Counted from the stretch's first letter, positions 1-8,463 are shown. The stretch: DNA of 64,000 nt from an uncultured Actinomycetes bacterium (GCA_963737445.1 CAVTSO010000019.1:31694-95693), one strand, 5' to 3'. Translations and numbers: made by a program. Notes: generated from the sequence alone by a model not told the origin.

Positions 1-43
1 CGATCATGCTGCATCGCCGCTACGCGCCGGTCTGAGAGCCGAT

Positions 44-72
44 CGGGGCGGGCGGAAGCTCCGCCGGCCCCG
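44..72 (-). terminator. GC-rich stem-loop downstream of ORF 85..513 (possible terminator, no U-tract)
   Basis: Arms 44-56 cggggcgggcgga and 60-72 tccgccggccccg (12 of 13 pairs), 3-nt loop, 12 nt past the minus-strand stop at 85-87. Confidence 0.3.
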
Positions 73-84
73 ATGCCGGATTGG

Positions 85-513
85 TCAGCAGACCACGATC
101 ACGTGGAATGGCTCGTTCGTCGGGGTGCCCGCACCGTTGAACGTGGTGATGTACAGCCCGTTGTTCGTACCGGCGCGGCCGGTCATGGTGATCTGCGCCG
201 GGCCCGTGGAGCCGGAGAACGTGCCGAGGCCCACCGTCCCGACCCAGGCGCATCCGCTGATGCTGCTGAAGCGGAGGTCGTAGATGCCGGTTCCGAGGCT
301 GGTGATCGACGTGACGTGGTACGGCACGGTCGATGCCCGCAGCACCGTGGCGTTAGCGTTGATCACAGCCGCAGCCTTCACCTTGACCGCCGTCCCGACC
401 GAGAAGTTGGGCGTAGTCGACGCCTTGCCGACCGCTGGGTTCGGCCCGTTCCCCCCTCCTCCGGCCATCGCGGTGCCGGCGAATACGGTCCTCCCCCGAG
501 GTTGTGCCGGCAC
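85..513 (-). CDS. hypothetical Gly/Thr/Asn-rich protein, function unknown
   Basis: 142-codon ORF with GC-rich third positions, GTG start; no family motif recognised, no clear signal peptide, so the N-terminus is uncertain. Confidence 0.45.
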   Translation of the reverse strand: MPAQPRGRTVFAGTAMAGGGGNGPNPAVGKASTTPNFSVGTAVKVKAAAVINANATVLRASTVPYHVTSITSLGTGIYDLRFSSISGCAWVGTVGLGTFSGSTGPAQITMTGRAGTNNGLYITTFNGAGTPTNEPFHVIVVC

Positions 514-575
514 GACTCAACTGCGGATCGAAAATCTCTCACTGCTTGCGGCGAGTGCAACAAGCCTGCGACGGA

Positions 576-1421
576 TTATCCGCTCTCTAACCCAGCCCGC
601 GACTGCAGTCGCGGGCCCAGCTCCACGGCCGCGAACACGACGAAGAAGATGGCGGTCGTCGTCAGCACCACGGCGCCGCCGGATGCCACGTTCCACCAGA
701 ACGAGATGTACAGGCCGATGACACCGGCCGCCACGCCCAGCGTCGCGGACAGCAGCTGCATGGTGGCCAGCCGCTGGGTGAGCAGCCGGGCGGTGGCCGC
801 GGGTGTGACCAGCATCGCCAGCACCAGGATGTTGCCGATCGCCTGCAGCGACACCACGATCGCAAGCGTGATCAGCCCCAGCAGCACCAGGTCGAGCAGG
901 AACACCGGATAGCGCATGGCCAGTGCCATGTCGCGGTCAAAGCCGATCAGCGACAGCTCCTTGTTGAGCAGAACGGTGGTGACCACCGCGACGGCCGTCG
1001 TGCCCGCAGCCAGGTACAGGTCGCTCTGCGACACGGCCAGGATCTGACCGAACAGGAGGTCGGCCACGTCGCGCTGGTAGGCGGCCAGGGTCGATACCAG
1101 CACCACCCCCAGCGCGAACATCGCCGCGAATAGGATGCCGATGGCCGTGTCCTCGCTGACCCGCCGGCCACGGCTGACGGTGGCGATGCCGAGCGCCGTG
1201 ATCAGCCCCACGACCAGCGCGCCCAGCAGGATGCTGCGGCCAAGCGCCACCGCAACCACGATGCCCGGGAACACGGCATGCGTGAGTGCGTCGCCGATGA
1301 ACGCCAGCCCGCGCAGCACCACGTAGCTGCCGAGCACGCCCGAGGCGATGCCGGTCAGCACGATCGCCATCAGCGCGCGGCGCATGAACTCGAACTGGAG
1401 CGGGTCGGTCAGGTAGTGCAT
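576..1421 (-). CDS. metal ABC transporter permease (ABC-3 family, ZnuB/MntB/TroD-like)
   Basis: 281 aa, multi-pass membrane protein with ABC-3 type motifs (GDALTHAVFPG, LLFGQILAV); sits 1 nt downstream of the cognate ATPase gene. Confidence 0.9.
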   Translation of the reverse strand: MHYLTDPLQFEFMRRALMAIVLTGIASGVLGSYVVLRGLAFIGDALTHAVFPGIVVAVALGRSILLGALVVGLITALGIATVSRGRRVSEDTAIGILFAAMFALGVVLVSTLAAYQRDVADLLFGQILAVSQSDLYLAAGTTAVAVVTTVLLNKELSLIGFDRDMALAMRYPVFLLDLVLLGLITLAIVVSLQAIGNILVLAMLVTPAATARLLTQRLATMQLLSATLGVAAGVIGLYISFWWNVASGGAVVLTTTAIFFVVFAAVELGPRLQSRAGLESG

Positions 1422-1422
1422 G

Positions 1423-2190
1423 TCAGTGGCTGTGATGGCCCTCCGGCGCCAGGATGTGCACTCCCCCCACCACCAGCATGGCGCTTCCGTAGGCCTCCGC
1501 CAGGCGCTCGGCGCTGAGCGCCTGCCCCGGCGGTCCGAACGAGATCACGCGGGTCGAGAGCAGGCACAGCAGGTCGCAGTGGGCGGCCGACCAGCCCAGG
1601 TCATGGGTCGAGACCACGACCGTCCGGCCCTGCTCGCGCAGGCCCCGCAGCGTCTCCAGGAACGCGGCCTCGGTGGCGGCGTCCGCGCCCGACAGCGGCT
1701 CGTCCAGCAGCAGCAGCGACGCGTCCTGCATCAGCGTCCGGGCCAGCAGCACCCGCTGGCGCTGGCCTCCGGAGAGCTGGCCGATCTGACGGCCGGCCAT
1801 GTGTTCCAGCCCGACCGCGCCCAGCGCCTCGCGTGCCGACCGGCGCTCCGCCGCGCCCGGGCGCCGCAGCCAGCCGGTGCGCCGGTAGCCGCCCTGCAGG
1901 GCGACGTCGAGCGCGGTCAGCGGAAAGTCCCAGGCGGCTGGGCCCAGCTGCGGCATGTAGCCGACCGGCCCGCTCACGTCGATGCTGCCGCTACGCGGCG
2001 ACAGCATGCCCAGCAGCGTCCGCAGCAGCGTTGTCTTGCCGGCTCCGTTGGGGCCGATCAGCCCGATGATGCTGCCGCGCGACAGCTCCAGCGAGACGTC
2101 GTCCAGAGCGACGTGCCGGCCGTAGGCGACGGTCACCCCGTCCAGCAGCGCGGCGGCTGTGGCCGGCGCTGCGCTAGGCGGGCTGCTCAT
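1423..2190 (-). CDS. metal ABC transporter ATP-binding protein (ZnuC/MntA-like)
   Basis: Walker A GPNGAGKTTLL, signature LSGGQRQRVLLAR, Walker B LLLLDEP; start taken at ATG 2190 (MSSPPSAAP...), an alternative ATG at 2241 would overlap the regulator by 68 nt. Confidence 0.88.
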   Translation of the reverse strand: MSSPPSAAPATAAALLDGVTVAYGRHVALDDVSLELSRGSIIGLIGPNGAGKTTLLRTLLGMLSPRSGSIDVSGPVGYMPQLGPAAWDFPLTALDVALQGGYRRTGWLRRPGAAERRSAREALGAVGLEHMAGRQIGQLSGGQRQRVLLARTLMQDASLLLLDEPLSGADAATEAAFLETLRGLREQGRTVVVSTHDLGWSAAHCDLLCLLSTRVISFGPPGQALSAERLAEAYGSAMLVVGGVHILAPEGHHSH

Positions 2191-2581
2191 CGGCCCCGGC
2201 ACAGGCCTGGCACCGCGCGGGCAGCGAGCCCAGCGCCGCATCGAGCAGGTCGAAGCCGGCGGTGCGAGCCGACTCGCGGGCGGGCTCCAGCGCGCAGCCC
2301 TCGAGCAGCGCGGTGGCGCCGCAGTCGACGCAGACGACGTGGTGGTGGTGCCCCCGCGCGGCGCACAGCACGTAGACAGCCTCGCCGCCGCGCGTGCCCG
2401 CTTCCTCGGCCCAGCCCTCCTCGCGCCAGCGTTCCATGGTGCGATAGGCGGTCGTCAGCCCCAGCCTGGGGGCGGCATCGCGGGCGGCGGTATGCAGCTC
2501 ACGCACGCTGAAGGCGCGGTTCATCGCGCGGCCGGCGTCGAGCAGCGCCATGCGGTTCTTGCGGTTGCGTCCTGGTTCCAC
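2174..2581 (-). CDS. Fur family transcriptional regulator, Zur-like
   Basis: N-terminal winged helix (RNRKNRMALLDAG..RAFSVRELH), metal site HHHHVVCVDCG ... C-x2-C tail; GTG 2581 preferred because a TAGAGT hexamer lies 8 nt upstream; ATG 2551 is the alternative. Confidence 0.8.
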   Translation of the reverse strand: MEPGRNRKNRMALLDAGRAMNRAFSVRELHTAARDAAPRLGLTTAYRTMERWREEGWAEEAGTRGGEAVYVLCAARGHHHHVVCVDCGATALLEGCALEPARESARTAGFDLLDAALGSLPARCQACAGADEQPA

Positions 2582-2589
2582 GAGCGGGA

Positions 2590-2595
2590 ACTCTA
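2590..2595 (-). promoter_or_regulatory. candidate -10 hexamer TAGAGT for a leaderless Fur-family regulator transcript
   Basis: TANNNT hexamer 8 nt upstream of GTG 2581 on the minus strand. Confidence 0.35.
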
Positions 2596-2624
2596 CTGGT
2601 AACGGTGTCCGTTCGCAACAAACG

Positions 2625-2647
2625 ATAGTGAAACCGATTGTCATTAT
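2625..2647. promoter_or_regulatory. Zur-box-like operator in the divergent regulator / binding-protein promoter region
   Basis: atagTGAAAccGATTgTCAttat: 12 of 15 matches to the actinobacterial Zur core TGAAAATGATTTTCA, imperfect dyad (7 of 11 pairs); abuts the TAGGCT hexamer at 2650-2655. Confidence 0.55.
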
Positions 2648-2663
2648 GCTAGGCTGACGGCCC

Positions 2664-3590
2664 GTGCCCCGCATCCGCCTGCTCACCCTAGTCGCCCTCT
2701 GCCTGCTGCCCCTGGGCTGCACCGCCACCCACACCGTGAGCTCGACCCCGGGGCAGATCACCGTGGTCGCGACCACCACCCAGATGCAGGACCTTGTGCG
2801 GCATGTGGGCAGCGACAACGTGCACCTGGTGGGAATCCTGAAGCCAAACGTCGACCCGCACGATTTTGAGCCCAGCCCCAGCACCGCGATCGCCCTCACA
2901 GGCGCCAAGCTGGTTGTCGAATCAGGCGTCGGGGTGGACAGCTGGATCGACGGGCTGGTGACGAACGCCGTCCCCGGGACGCCGGTCTGGGTCGCGTCGC
3001 AGGGGCTGCCGCTACGGACGGGCGACTCGTCAGAGCCGGACGGCGATCCCCACTGGTGGCACGACCCCACACTGTTCGAGCGGGCGGCGACCGCGCTGGG
3101 CGAGCGGCTGGCGTCGATCGACCCGGCGCACGCCGATGCCTACCGCGCCAACGCCCGCCGCTACGTGATCAGGATCCGGACGATGGACGCCGCGAACAAG
3201 CGCCTGATCGCCACCGTCCCCCGGGGCGAGCGGAAATTGGTCACCAACCACGACGCTTTCGGCTACTTCGCCGCGCACTACGGGATCACGGTGGTGGGCT
3301 CGGTGCTGCCGTCGCTCTCGACCGTGGCCCAGCCCAGCGCCAAGGACGTGGCCGACCTGATCGGCAAGATCCGGGCGCAGCACGTGCGCGCCATCTTCAC
3401 CGAGTCGTCGCTGAACCCGGCGCTGGAGCAGCAGATCGCATCGGAGGCCGGGGTCAAGGTCTACGCGAACCTGTACGGCGACACGCTGGGGCCGCCGGGG
3501 TCGCCCGGCGCCACGTACATCGGAATGGAGCGCTGGAACATGCGGGCGATGGTGGCCGGGTTCCTGGGCACTCCCGCGCCCCGGGCCTGA
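2664..3590 (+). CDS. metal ABC transporter substrate-binding lipoprotein (ZnuA/TroA family)
   Basis: Signal peptide plus lipobox LLPLGC, TroA-type motifs (VVATTTQMQDLV, DPHDFEPSP, DPHWWHDP, VTNHDAFGYFA); GTG start with TAGGCT 8 nt upstream. Confidence 0.9.
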   Translation: MPRIRLLTLVALCLLPLGCTATHTVSSTPGQITVVATTTQMQDLVRHVGSDNVHLVGILKPNVDPHDFEPSPSTAIALTGAKLVVESGVGVDSWIDGLVTNAVPGTPVWVASQGLPLRTGDSSEPDGDPHWWHDPTLFERAATALGERLASIDPAHADAYRANARRYVIRIRTMDAANKRLIATVPRGERKLVTNHDAFGYFAAHYGITVVGSVLPSLSTVAQPSAKDVADLIGKIRAQHVRAIFTESSLNPALEQQIASEAGVKVYANLYGDTLGPPGSPGATYIGMERWNMRAMVAGFLGTPAPRA

Positions 3591-3596
3591 CTCCCT

Positions 3597-3953
3597 CTAG
3601 GCTGATGTCGCCACGGACGCGAGGTGCGTCGCGATCACGTCCGCGTCCGCCATGCTGACCAGCAGCCGCGCGTACTCCTCGCCGGCGACCTCCACGACCA
3701 CGCCTGGACCGTGGCCGTGCACCACCGCAAAGTCCTTGCCGAAGCCACCCCGCCACGTGCCCACCGCCAGCGTGCCGGGGACGCCCGTGCCGGGCGCCCG
3801 CATGCCGCGCAGCTCCTGCCATACATCGTCGACGGAGCGGGCACCCGTGACCGACGACAGCGGCACCCGCACGTCGCCGTGCAGGCCCTCCATCTTCTCG
3901 ACCGAGGACAGGTGCAGCACCAGCTCCGCGCCCTCGATCTGCAACTCCGCCAT
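3597..3953 (-). CDS. hypothetical protein, possibly bacterial PH-domain-like
   Basis: 118-aa ORF with strong GC3 bias; no catalytic motif; convergent with the binding-protein gene. Confidence 0.55.
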   Translation of the reverse strand: MAELQIEGAELVLHLSSVEKMEGLHGDVRVPLSSVTGARSVDDVWQELRGMRAPGTGVPGTLAVGTWRGGFGKDFAVVHGHGPGVVVEVAGEEYARLLVSMADADVIATHLASVATSA

Positions 3954-3999
3954 GCGCCGAGGGTAGCACCGGCCCGCTGGCTATCCTGTCGCTCCTCAC

Positions 4000-5106
4000 G
4001 TGACCAGTCACCTCCAAACTCCTGCCGGAAAGCCGCGCGCCCGCTCGCTGGGCGTGCCGTTTACCGGCACTCCCGGCGAGTGGAACGCGATCACCGACGT
4101 GCCCGGGGTCGAGGTCGGGTACCGCACGCTGATCGAGGGCGAGAGTGTCCGCACCGGCGTCACTGCGATCCACCCGCGCGGGCGCGACCGCAGCGCCGAT
4201 CCCTGCGCCGCCGGCGTGTTCTCGTTGAACGGCAACGGCGAGATGACCGGAGTGTCATGGGTCGAGGAGTCCGGCACCGTCGCGTGGCCGATCACGATCA
4301 CGAACACGCACGCGGTCGGGATCGCCCACGAGGCCACCATCCACTGGGCGGTGCGCCGGTTCACGGAGCTGGGGGAGCTGTGGCTGCTGCCGGTTGCGGC
4401 AGAGACGTACGACGGCTACCTGAACGACATCAACGGCGGGCACGTGACCCGGCAGGTCGTGATCGATGCGATCGAGGCGGCGGCCTCGGGTCCGATCGAG
4501 GAAGGCTCGGTCGGCGGCGGCACCGGCATGAACTGCTACGCCTTCAAAGGCGGCTCGGGCACCGCATCGCGCGTTGTTGACCTTGGCGACGGCGACTACA
4601 CGGTGGGCGCCTTCCTGCAGTGCAACTTCGGCAAGCGGGCGGCGCTGACGATCGCGGGCCGGCCGCTTGGCGCCGAGCTGGCCGACGACAACCCGATCGA
4701 GGTGACGTACCGGACGCAGCCCGGCGCCGGGTCGGTGATCGCGGTCATCGCCACCGATGCCCCGCTGCTGCCCGGCCAGTGCCAGGCGCTGGCACGGCGG
4801 GTGCCACTAGGCCTGGCTCGCACCGGCACCAGCGGATCGCACTTCTCGGGCGACCTGTTCCTGGCCTTCTCGACCGCCAACCCGGGCGCGTTCGAGACCG
4901 GCTTCCCGGACGGCGATCCCGCCCCGTCGTCGCTGCGGTTCCTGCCGTGGAAGTGGATGGACGAGCTCTACCAGGCTGTCGTGGAGGCGGTCGAGGAGGC
5001 CACCGTGAACGCTCTGGTCGCCAACGACGACATGGTGGGACGGGATGGGCACCGGTCACCGGCGCTGCCGCGCAACCGCGTGGGTGCCGTGTTCGCAGAC
5101 CGATAG
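4000..5106 (+). CDS. P1/S58 family peptidase (DmpA-type L-aminopeptidase/D-esterase)
   Basis: N-terminal NAITDVPGVEVGY..TGVTAI, GGGTGMNCYAFKGGSGTAS, GSHFSGDLFLAFST, all typical of the DmpA/Ntn peptidase family. Confidence 0.8.
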   Translation: MTSHLQTPAGKPRARSLGVPFTGTPGEWNAITDVPGVEVGYRTLIEGESVRTGVTAIHPRGRDRSADPCAAGVFSLNGNGEMTGVSWVEESGTVAWPITITNTHAVGIAHEATIHWAVRRFTELGELWLLPVAAETYDGYLNDINGGHVTRQVVIDAIEAAASGPIEEGSVGGGTGMNCYAFKGGSGTASRVVDLGDGDYTVGAFLQCNFGKRAALTIAGRPLGAELADDNPIEVTYRTQPGAGSVIAVIATDAPLLPGQCQALARRVPLGLARTGTSGSHFSGDLFLAFSTANPGAFETGFPDGDPAPSSLRFLPWKWMDELYQAVVEAVEEATVNALVANDDMVGRDGHRSPALPRNRVGAVFADR

Positions 5107-5144
5107 CCGCGGCGGCGGACGGAGCGCCGGCGCCACCCGCGCCG

Positions 5145-5150
5145 TAAGAT
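5145..5150 (+). promoter_or_regulatory. candidate -10 hexamer TAAGAT (leaderless cNMP-binding gene)
   Basis: TANNNT hexamer 7 nt upstream of GTG 5158. Confidence 0.35.
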
Positions 5151-5157
5151 CCCTGCC

Positions 5158-5574
5158 GTGACTGAGGCCATCATTGAGGGGCTGCGGACGGTGCCGATCT
5201 TCGCGACGCTCGACGACGACGCGATCGCTCGCGCTGCCGCCATCGCCGGGATCGACGAGCACGTCAAGGGCTCGGTGCTGATCGAGCGTGGCCTGCCCGG
5301 TGCCGGTCTGTTCGTGATCCTCGACGGCAGGGTGGTGATCGAGCTTCAACACCGCACCGTCGAGCTCGGTCCGGGCGAGTTCGTGGGAGAGCTGAGCCTG
5401 CTCAGCGAGCACAACATCCGCAGTGCCCGCGTGCGAGCCGCCACCGACGTGCGCGCCATCGCCATCGCACGTCACGAGTTCGTGGGGCTGCTGAACGAGC
5501 ACCCGCAGATCGCCGTGGCCATGCTGCCCTCGCTCGCGCAGCGGCTGCAGGATCTGATCGAGCACCCGGCCTGA
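5158..5574 (+). CDS. stand-alone cyclic nucleotide-binding domain protein
   Basis: 138 aa; CAP/cNMP fold signature FVILDGRV...GPGEFVGELSLL...RSARVRA, no output domain. Confidence 0.8.
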   Translation: MTEAIIEGLRTVPIFATLDDDAIARAAAIAGIDEHVKGSVLIERGLPGAGLFVILDGRVVIELQHRTVELGPGEFVGELSLLSEHNIRSARVRAATDVRAIAIARHEFVGLLNEHPQIAVAMLPSLAQRLQDLIEHPA

Positions 5575-5581
5575 ACGCGGG

Positions 5582-6805
5582 ATGCAAGCGGGAGAGCGAG
5601 CAGCACGCACCATGCAGCGGCTGTCCCAGCTGGCTGAGATCGGGCGCGAGGGCCGCGCGGGAGCACACCGGCCCGGGCTGAGCGCGGCCGAGCAGGAGGC
5701 TTGCGAGCTGGTCGCGACCTGGCTCGGGCAGGAAGGTCTGGAGATCAGCTGGGATGCGTGCGGCAACCTGTACGGACGCCTGGCCGGCAGCGATCCGGCC
5801 GCGGGCGAGATCTGGGCCGGCTCCCACATCGACACCGTCCCCAACGGCGGTCGCTTCGACGGAGCGCTGGGCGTCCTGGCGGCGCTTGAGGCGGTCGCGC
5901 AGCTGCGCGATGTGCCGCGGGCGGCCACGCTCTGTGTGGCCGTGTTCCGCGATGAGGAGGGCTGGCGCTTCGGCGAGGGCTGCTTCGGCAGCCGCTGTCT
6001 GTGCGGCGCCGTGACCGACGCCGACCTGCTGGCGACCGACGCGGACGGCGTGTCGATAGGCGAGGCGCTTGCGGAGCTGGGCTACCCGGAGCCGCTCGGC
6101 GGTGGCACGCTGCCGGCCGCATTCGTCGAGGTGCATATCGAGCAGGGCCCGGTGCTGGAACGGCGTGGGCTGGCCCACGCGGTGGTCACCTTGATCGCGG
6201 GCATGTCCGGCTTCACCGCGACGATCACCGGCAGCCCGGGGCACGCCGGCACGACGCCCATGGAGGGCCGCCGCGACGCGTTGCTGGCCGCCGCCGAGCT
6301 GGCGCTCGCGCTGCGTGAGCGCACAGCGCGGATCGAGGGAGCGGTCGTGACCGTCGGCAGACTGACCATCACCGATGCCGCCGCCAACGTGATCCCCGGG
6401 GAGGTCACGATCTCGATCGATGCGCGCTGCCCCACCGCCGCGGGCCTCGAGCAGCTGATCGCCGGACTGGATGAGGCGTGTTCGCAGGTGGCGGTAGTCA
6501 GCGGCTGTGCGGTCACGCTCGACGAGGTGTGGCGAAGCCGGCCGGTGCCGATGTCGGCACGTGTCGGCGACGCCATCCGGCAGGCTGCCGCGGCAGCCGG
6601 GCTGGAGCTGGCCGACCTGGCCTCTGGCGGCGGTCACGACGCCGGGATCCTGGCCGAGGCCGGCGTCGAATGCGGCATGCTGTTCGTCCGCAGCCGCGAC
6701 GGCGGGGTCAGCCACCGGCCGGAGGAGCTGACCGACGAGGCCGACGTCGCCACCGCCATCCAGCTGCTCGCGGGCACCCTGGCGACTCTGGGCGGCGCGG
6801 GGTAG
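5582..6805 (+). CDS. M20 family amidohydrolase (allantoate amidohydrolase / N-carbamoyl-L-amino-acid hydrolase type)
   Basis: AGSHIDTVPNGGRFDGALGVLAALEA, EEGWRFG, GHAG, GGGHDAG motifs of the hydantoinase/carbamoylase-family amidases; the start could be ATG 5582 or ATG 5612. Confidence 0.85.
   Translation: MQAGERAARTMQRLSQLAEIGREGRAGAHRPGLSAAEQEACELVATWLGQEGLEISWDACGNLYGRLAGSDPAAGEIWAGSHIDTVPNGGRFDGALGVLAALEAVAQLRDVPRAATLCVAVFRDEEGWRFGEGCFGSRCLCGAVTDADLLATDADGVSIGEALAELGYPEPLGGGTLPAAFVEVHIEQGPVLERRGLAHAVVTLIAGMSGFTATITGSPGHAGTTPMEGRRDALLAAAELALALRERTARIEGAVVTVGRLTITDAAANVIPGEVTISIDARCPTAAGLEQLIAGLDEACSQVAVVSGCAVTLDEVWRSRPVPMSARVGDAIRQAAAAAGLELADLASGGGHDAGILAEAGVECGMLFVRSRDGGVSHRPEELTDEADVATAIQLLAGTLATLGGAG
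6737..6786. repeat. copy 1 of an imperfect ~50-bp direct repeat (3' end of the amidohydrolase gene)
   Basis: gaggccgacgtcgccaccgccatccagctgctcgcgggcaccctggcgac; recurs at 8356-8404 with 2 substitutions and a gctg/ccg change that includes a 1-nt indel. Confidence 0.85.
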
Positions 6806-6845
6806 CGAGCCCGCCTGAGCGCCGCTGCACGATCCGACTGGACGC

Positions 6846-7202
6846 TTGCGATCCACGCTGACCTCCGATAGCATGGGTGCTATGAGAAACGGTGCCTCGG
6901 TTCCGCTCGGTTCGCGGCCGCTCGCAGCGGCGTCAGGGTTGCTCCTGTGTTTCGTTGCCGGGGTGGCTATGGCTGTGGGTGCCTACGCGATTCGAAATCC
7001 CAACGGGATCGAGTTCGGAGCCCCGTGGCCCGTCGCGTCCGAGATGGTCGCCGTAGTCGCCGCTGCGACCCTCGGACTCAGCGTCCGGGCTCAGCGGAGT
7101 CAATCCAACCGCGCACTCTTTGCGCTTGGGTGCGGCGCGGCGATCGTCGCGCTGCTCATGCTTGGGTTCGTCGCCTTCGCGCTGAGCTTCAACCAGCTCT
7201 GA
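6846..7202 (+). CDS. hypothetical membrane protein (3 predicted TM segments)
   Basis: 118-codon ORF (TTG 6846; ATG 6873 or 6882 are also possible); hydrophobic stretches LLLCFVAGVAMAVGAYA, MVAVVAAATLGL, AIVALLMLGFVAFAL. Confidence 0.5.
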   Translation: MRSTLTSDSMGAMRNGASVPLGSRPLAAASGLLLCFVAGVAMAVGAYAIRNPNGIEFGAPWPVASEMVAVVAAATLGLSVRAQRSQSNRALFALGCGAAIVALLMLGFVAFALSFNQL

Positions 7203-7230
7203 CTTTCCCGCGCACGGATGGATTCCGGCA

Positions 7231-7254
7231 GGTGCCTGACTGTGCCGGTATCAC
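7231..7254. repeat. copy 1 of a 24-bp direct repeat
   Basis: ggtgcctgactGtgccggtatcac; second copy at 7624-7647 differs at one base. Confidence 0.85.
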
Positions 7255-7368
7255 GAAGCCGTCTCGCCGTCCGCGCGGCGAAGCTTGCTCCGCACTCGCG
7301 AACGAGCTGGAGGCCGGGACTCGTCGCTAGGGGTCTGCGTCGACCAACCGGCCTAGCTGGCGGCGGGC

Positions 7369-7538
7369 CTATCTGATCTCGTCCCATCCGCTCGCGGCGA
7401 GCGCTGAAGCAAACAGTGTCACCGGAGCGTTATGCGACCAGATCGCCATGCGTGGGCCGGCGTCCCCTGATGCAGCGCCGTGTCCGCTTCCGTCAACCGC
7501 GGCAGCACCGACCCCAAGAAGTCTTCCGTCTCGCTCAA
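7369..7538 (-). pseudogene. relic of an NTF2/SnoaL-like protein gene (frameshifted and truncated)
   Basis: RBS ggagggaggag then TTG: MSETEDFLGSVLPRLTEADTALHQG, shifting frame inside the CCCC run at 7464-7467 to ..GDAGPRMAIWSHNAPVTLFASALAASGWDEIR-stop; with one extra G it reads ALHQGDAGPRMAIWSHNAPVTLF, which resembles the N-terminus of NTF2-like proteins as I recall them; only about 56 codons remain. Confidence 0.4.
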
Positions 7539-7623
7539 GATGCGCTCCTCCCTCCGACTTGGCACCGTATGACCGTTCAGGAACCGGCCGGGGCATCGAA
7601 ACCCACGCTGTCTCAAGAGTCGC

Positions 7624-7647
7624 GGTGCCTGACTCTGCCGGTATCAC
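7624..7647. repeat. copy 2 of the 24-bp direct repeat
   Basis: ggtgcctgactCtgccggtatcac, 393 bp to the right of copy 1. Confidence 0.85.
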
Positions 7648-7744
7648 TGGATCACGACACAACCCTTGCAAGGCACGTCACGGCGACTGGTGGGCTAGGC
7701 GCCGACGGCTCCCACATTAGAATCGACACGTCATCCGTCGATCA

Positions 7745-8260
7745 ATGCGACCGGTTGCTCGACCTCGAATCGAGCGGGCTGCGTTTGGGCTGCTCGATGC
7801 GTCGCCCCTGTGCGCCATCTCAACCGCCGCGCCCCGCACCACCGCGCACATCCACACCGCGTATTTCGTGTGGAACAGGGACTTCGAGATCTTCTGGCTA
7901 TCCGACCCCGGCGCGAAGCATTCGCGCAACATCGACGCTCGGCCGAGCACGGCGATCACCGTCTTCGACTCCCACCAGGTCTGGGGGCAACCTGACCGTG
8001 GCATTCAGCTGTTTGGTTCGACGCGTCAACTCCCAACAACCCAGATCGCCCACGTCGAGTCCCTGTACGCGGCCCGCTTCCCCGGCTACGCGACGCCTGA
8101 CCTCCGCGCCTACCGGTTCTACCGCTTCCGCACTGCACGGCTGAAAGTGTTCGACGAAGCCGTGTTTGGAGCAGGGGTGTTCGTGACCGCGACTATCCAC
8201 AGCGGACAGCGCGCGATCTGGGAACGAACGGACATCTCCAGCGGAGCTGCGGCAAGCTAG
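7745..8260 (+). CDS. pyridoxamine 5'-phosphate oxidase-like FMN-binding family protein
   Basis: 171 aa; split-barrel pattern (LLDASPLCAISTAA...HIHTAYFVWNRDFEIFWLSDPGAKHSRNIDARPSTAITVFD); TAGAAT hexamer 21 nt upstream. Confidence 0.6.
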   Translation: MRPVARPRIERAAFGLLDASPLCAISTAAPRTTAHIHTAYFVWNRDFEIFWLSDPGAKHSRNIDARPSTAITVFDSHQVWGQPDRGIQLFGSTRQLPTTQIAHVESLYAARFPGYATPDLRAYRFYRFRTARLKVFDEAVFGAGVFVTATIHSGQRAIWERTDISSGAAAS

Positions 8261-8355
8261 GCTCCCCCGCTCTCATTCTGACGTCGTCTCGGTCTGCAGG
8301 TAGAGATCCGTGGTGCGGCCAACGTAGCCTCGTCTGCGAACGAGAGCGCGGTACC

Positions 8356-8404
8356 GAGGCCGACGTCGCCACGGCGATCCACCGCTCGCGGGCACCCTGG
8401 CGAC
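8356..8404. repeat. copy 2 of the ~50-bp repeat (non-coding relic of the amidohydrolase 3' end)
   Basis: gaggccgacgtcgccacggcgatccaccgctcgcgggcaccctggcgac, 60 nt upstream of the cyclic amidohydrolase start; a TAG at 8421-8423 mirrors the real stop at 6803-6805. Confidence 0.85.
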
Positions 8405-8463
8405 CCGGACCGGCGCTTGCTAGGCTCGGTCCCGGCCATGCCACGACCCGAGCACTCCCCATC

